DNA of 60,114 nucleotides, counting the filler, from Squatina squatina (Eukaryota), in NCBI GenBank assembly GCA_031763465.1. It is 3 parts of 3 records of this genome, joined end to end, with 100 filler letters (N's around TTAATTAATTAA, not from the genome) between each part and the next. Parts side by side here need not be neighbours in the genome. Positions count along the whole stretch, not along the records: positions 45,942 to 60,114 come from JARFOE010000120.1; 2 more parts are not named here. The stretch is one strand, 5' to 3'. The first letter of the stretch is position 1, and each line of letters starts with the position of its first letter. The notes under the pieces were generated by a model, which saw only the letters and a list, made by a program, of their open reading frames with translations, was not told where the DNA came from and made no database searches. Below are positions 59,186 through 60,114 of this stretch, one piece after another. The position numbers and the translations under genes were made by a program.

Positions 59186-60114
59186 GTAAGTTTTTATAGC
59201 CGCAGACCTATTATAGCATTCACGGCGTTGCTGTGAGATTTTACTATCAACTGATCCGTGTCGTGCTGTACATTTTATTTCCTGTAATATTTAAGCTGAT
59301 ACCGATTAAAATAATTAAGGAAGTACAAGCTGACCCCCCCCCCCCCCTCAAAAAAAAGTGATCTTTCTTTAGTTAAGTGTGTGTTTTGCAGATTGACCGG
59401 TTATAAATAGCGACAGGCGCATTACATTATAATGCTGCAAATTGACATTGTCACACACGGTTTGCGAGCAGTAAAGTCAGGCGATTTCCGTACATAGTTT
59501 TAAATACTCGTGTTACTGCGGTGTAATTTACAATATCGTCATGCTGTGGAACTGTTTCCAAAATGCAAATCATTTTGTTCTACAAATGGAGCGGGGTGAG
59601 CAGTGGTCTTGTGCATCCAAATAATTACGGGTTCAGCAACATTTACTTTTTGCTAAACTGTTTTATGTAATCAAATCATTTGCAGGCAACAGACGTATTT
59701 TTATTTCATATTTTTGAACACGATTGTTTATTAGTTATGAAATGGGAGTGACTGGAGATGGGGAAAAATGGTTGTTTGACTGGGCGGGAGTGTAGGGGTT
59801 GGTGGCAGGAGGCCATGTGATGAAACATCCAGGAATGCTTCCAACCAGAGTTGGTAATCCTAACTACCAGGGCAGAATGTGCCATCACAATTATCTAGGC
59901 AGTGACTTTCATATTCTCTAACAATATATACTGGTCAACAGAGTCGTGCTGGAACACATGCCTCAGCAAATAATGTTTAATTTCCAGCCATGTTAAAGAT
60001 TCTTTTTTAAGATTAGAAAGTAGCTCTTGTTATAGGAGCCGTGGCAACTCTGGGGTAGAAACTGGACCTTTTTGCCCCCGTTTTATGGGCATAAAGGGGC
60101 GCAACAGGATCCAA

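Overview
This window is vertebrate nuclear DNA, most likely from a cartilaginous fish (shark), judged from DeuSINE/SacSINE1-like, CR1 and L2 repeats. It comes from a very gappy draft assembly with about 50 N-gaps, mostly 100-N placeholders. Two artificial N44-TTAATTAATTAA-N44 linkers (17180-17191, 45886-45897) split it into three unrelated scaffolds. (A) 1-17135 holds RHOBTB1 (+, 4 exons including the stop) tail-to-tail with a CDK1 exon (-). (B) 17236-45841 holds SSH2 (-), NSRP1 (+, terminal exon apparently disrupted), TMIGD1 (-), an uncharacterised spliced gene with class I SAM-dependent methyltransferase-like motifs (+, about 40.0-42.8 kb), and the last exon of CRYBA1 (-). (C) 45942-60114 holds four KDM2B exons (-) head-to-head with ORAI1 exon 1 (+) across CpG-rich promoter DNA. 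Many exons are hidden in gaps, so absences mean nothing. The best candidate for novelty is the methyltransferase-like gene between TMIGD1 and CRYBA1, for which I recognise no mammalian ortholog. Also notable are the triply disrupted NSRP1 terminal exon, an ORAI1 that can only encode the short beta-type N-terminus, decayed hammerhead-ribozyme cores in a palindromic repeat family, and a hAT MITE nested in an L2 with an empty-site control in the same window. Gene identities come from my recall of protein sequences, not from a database search.
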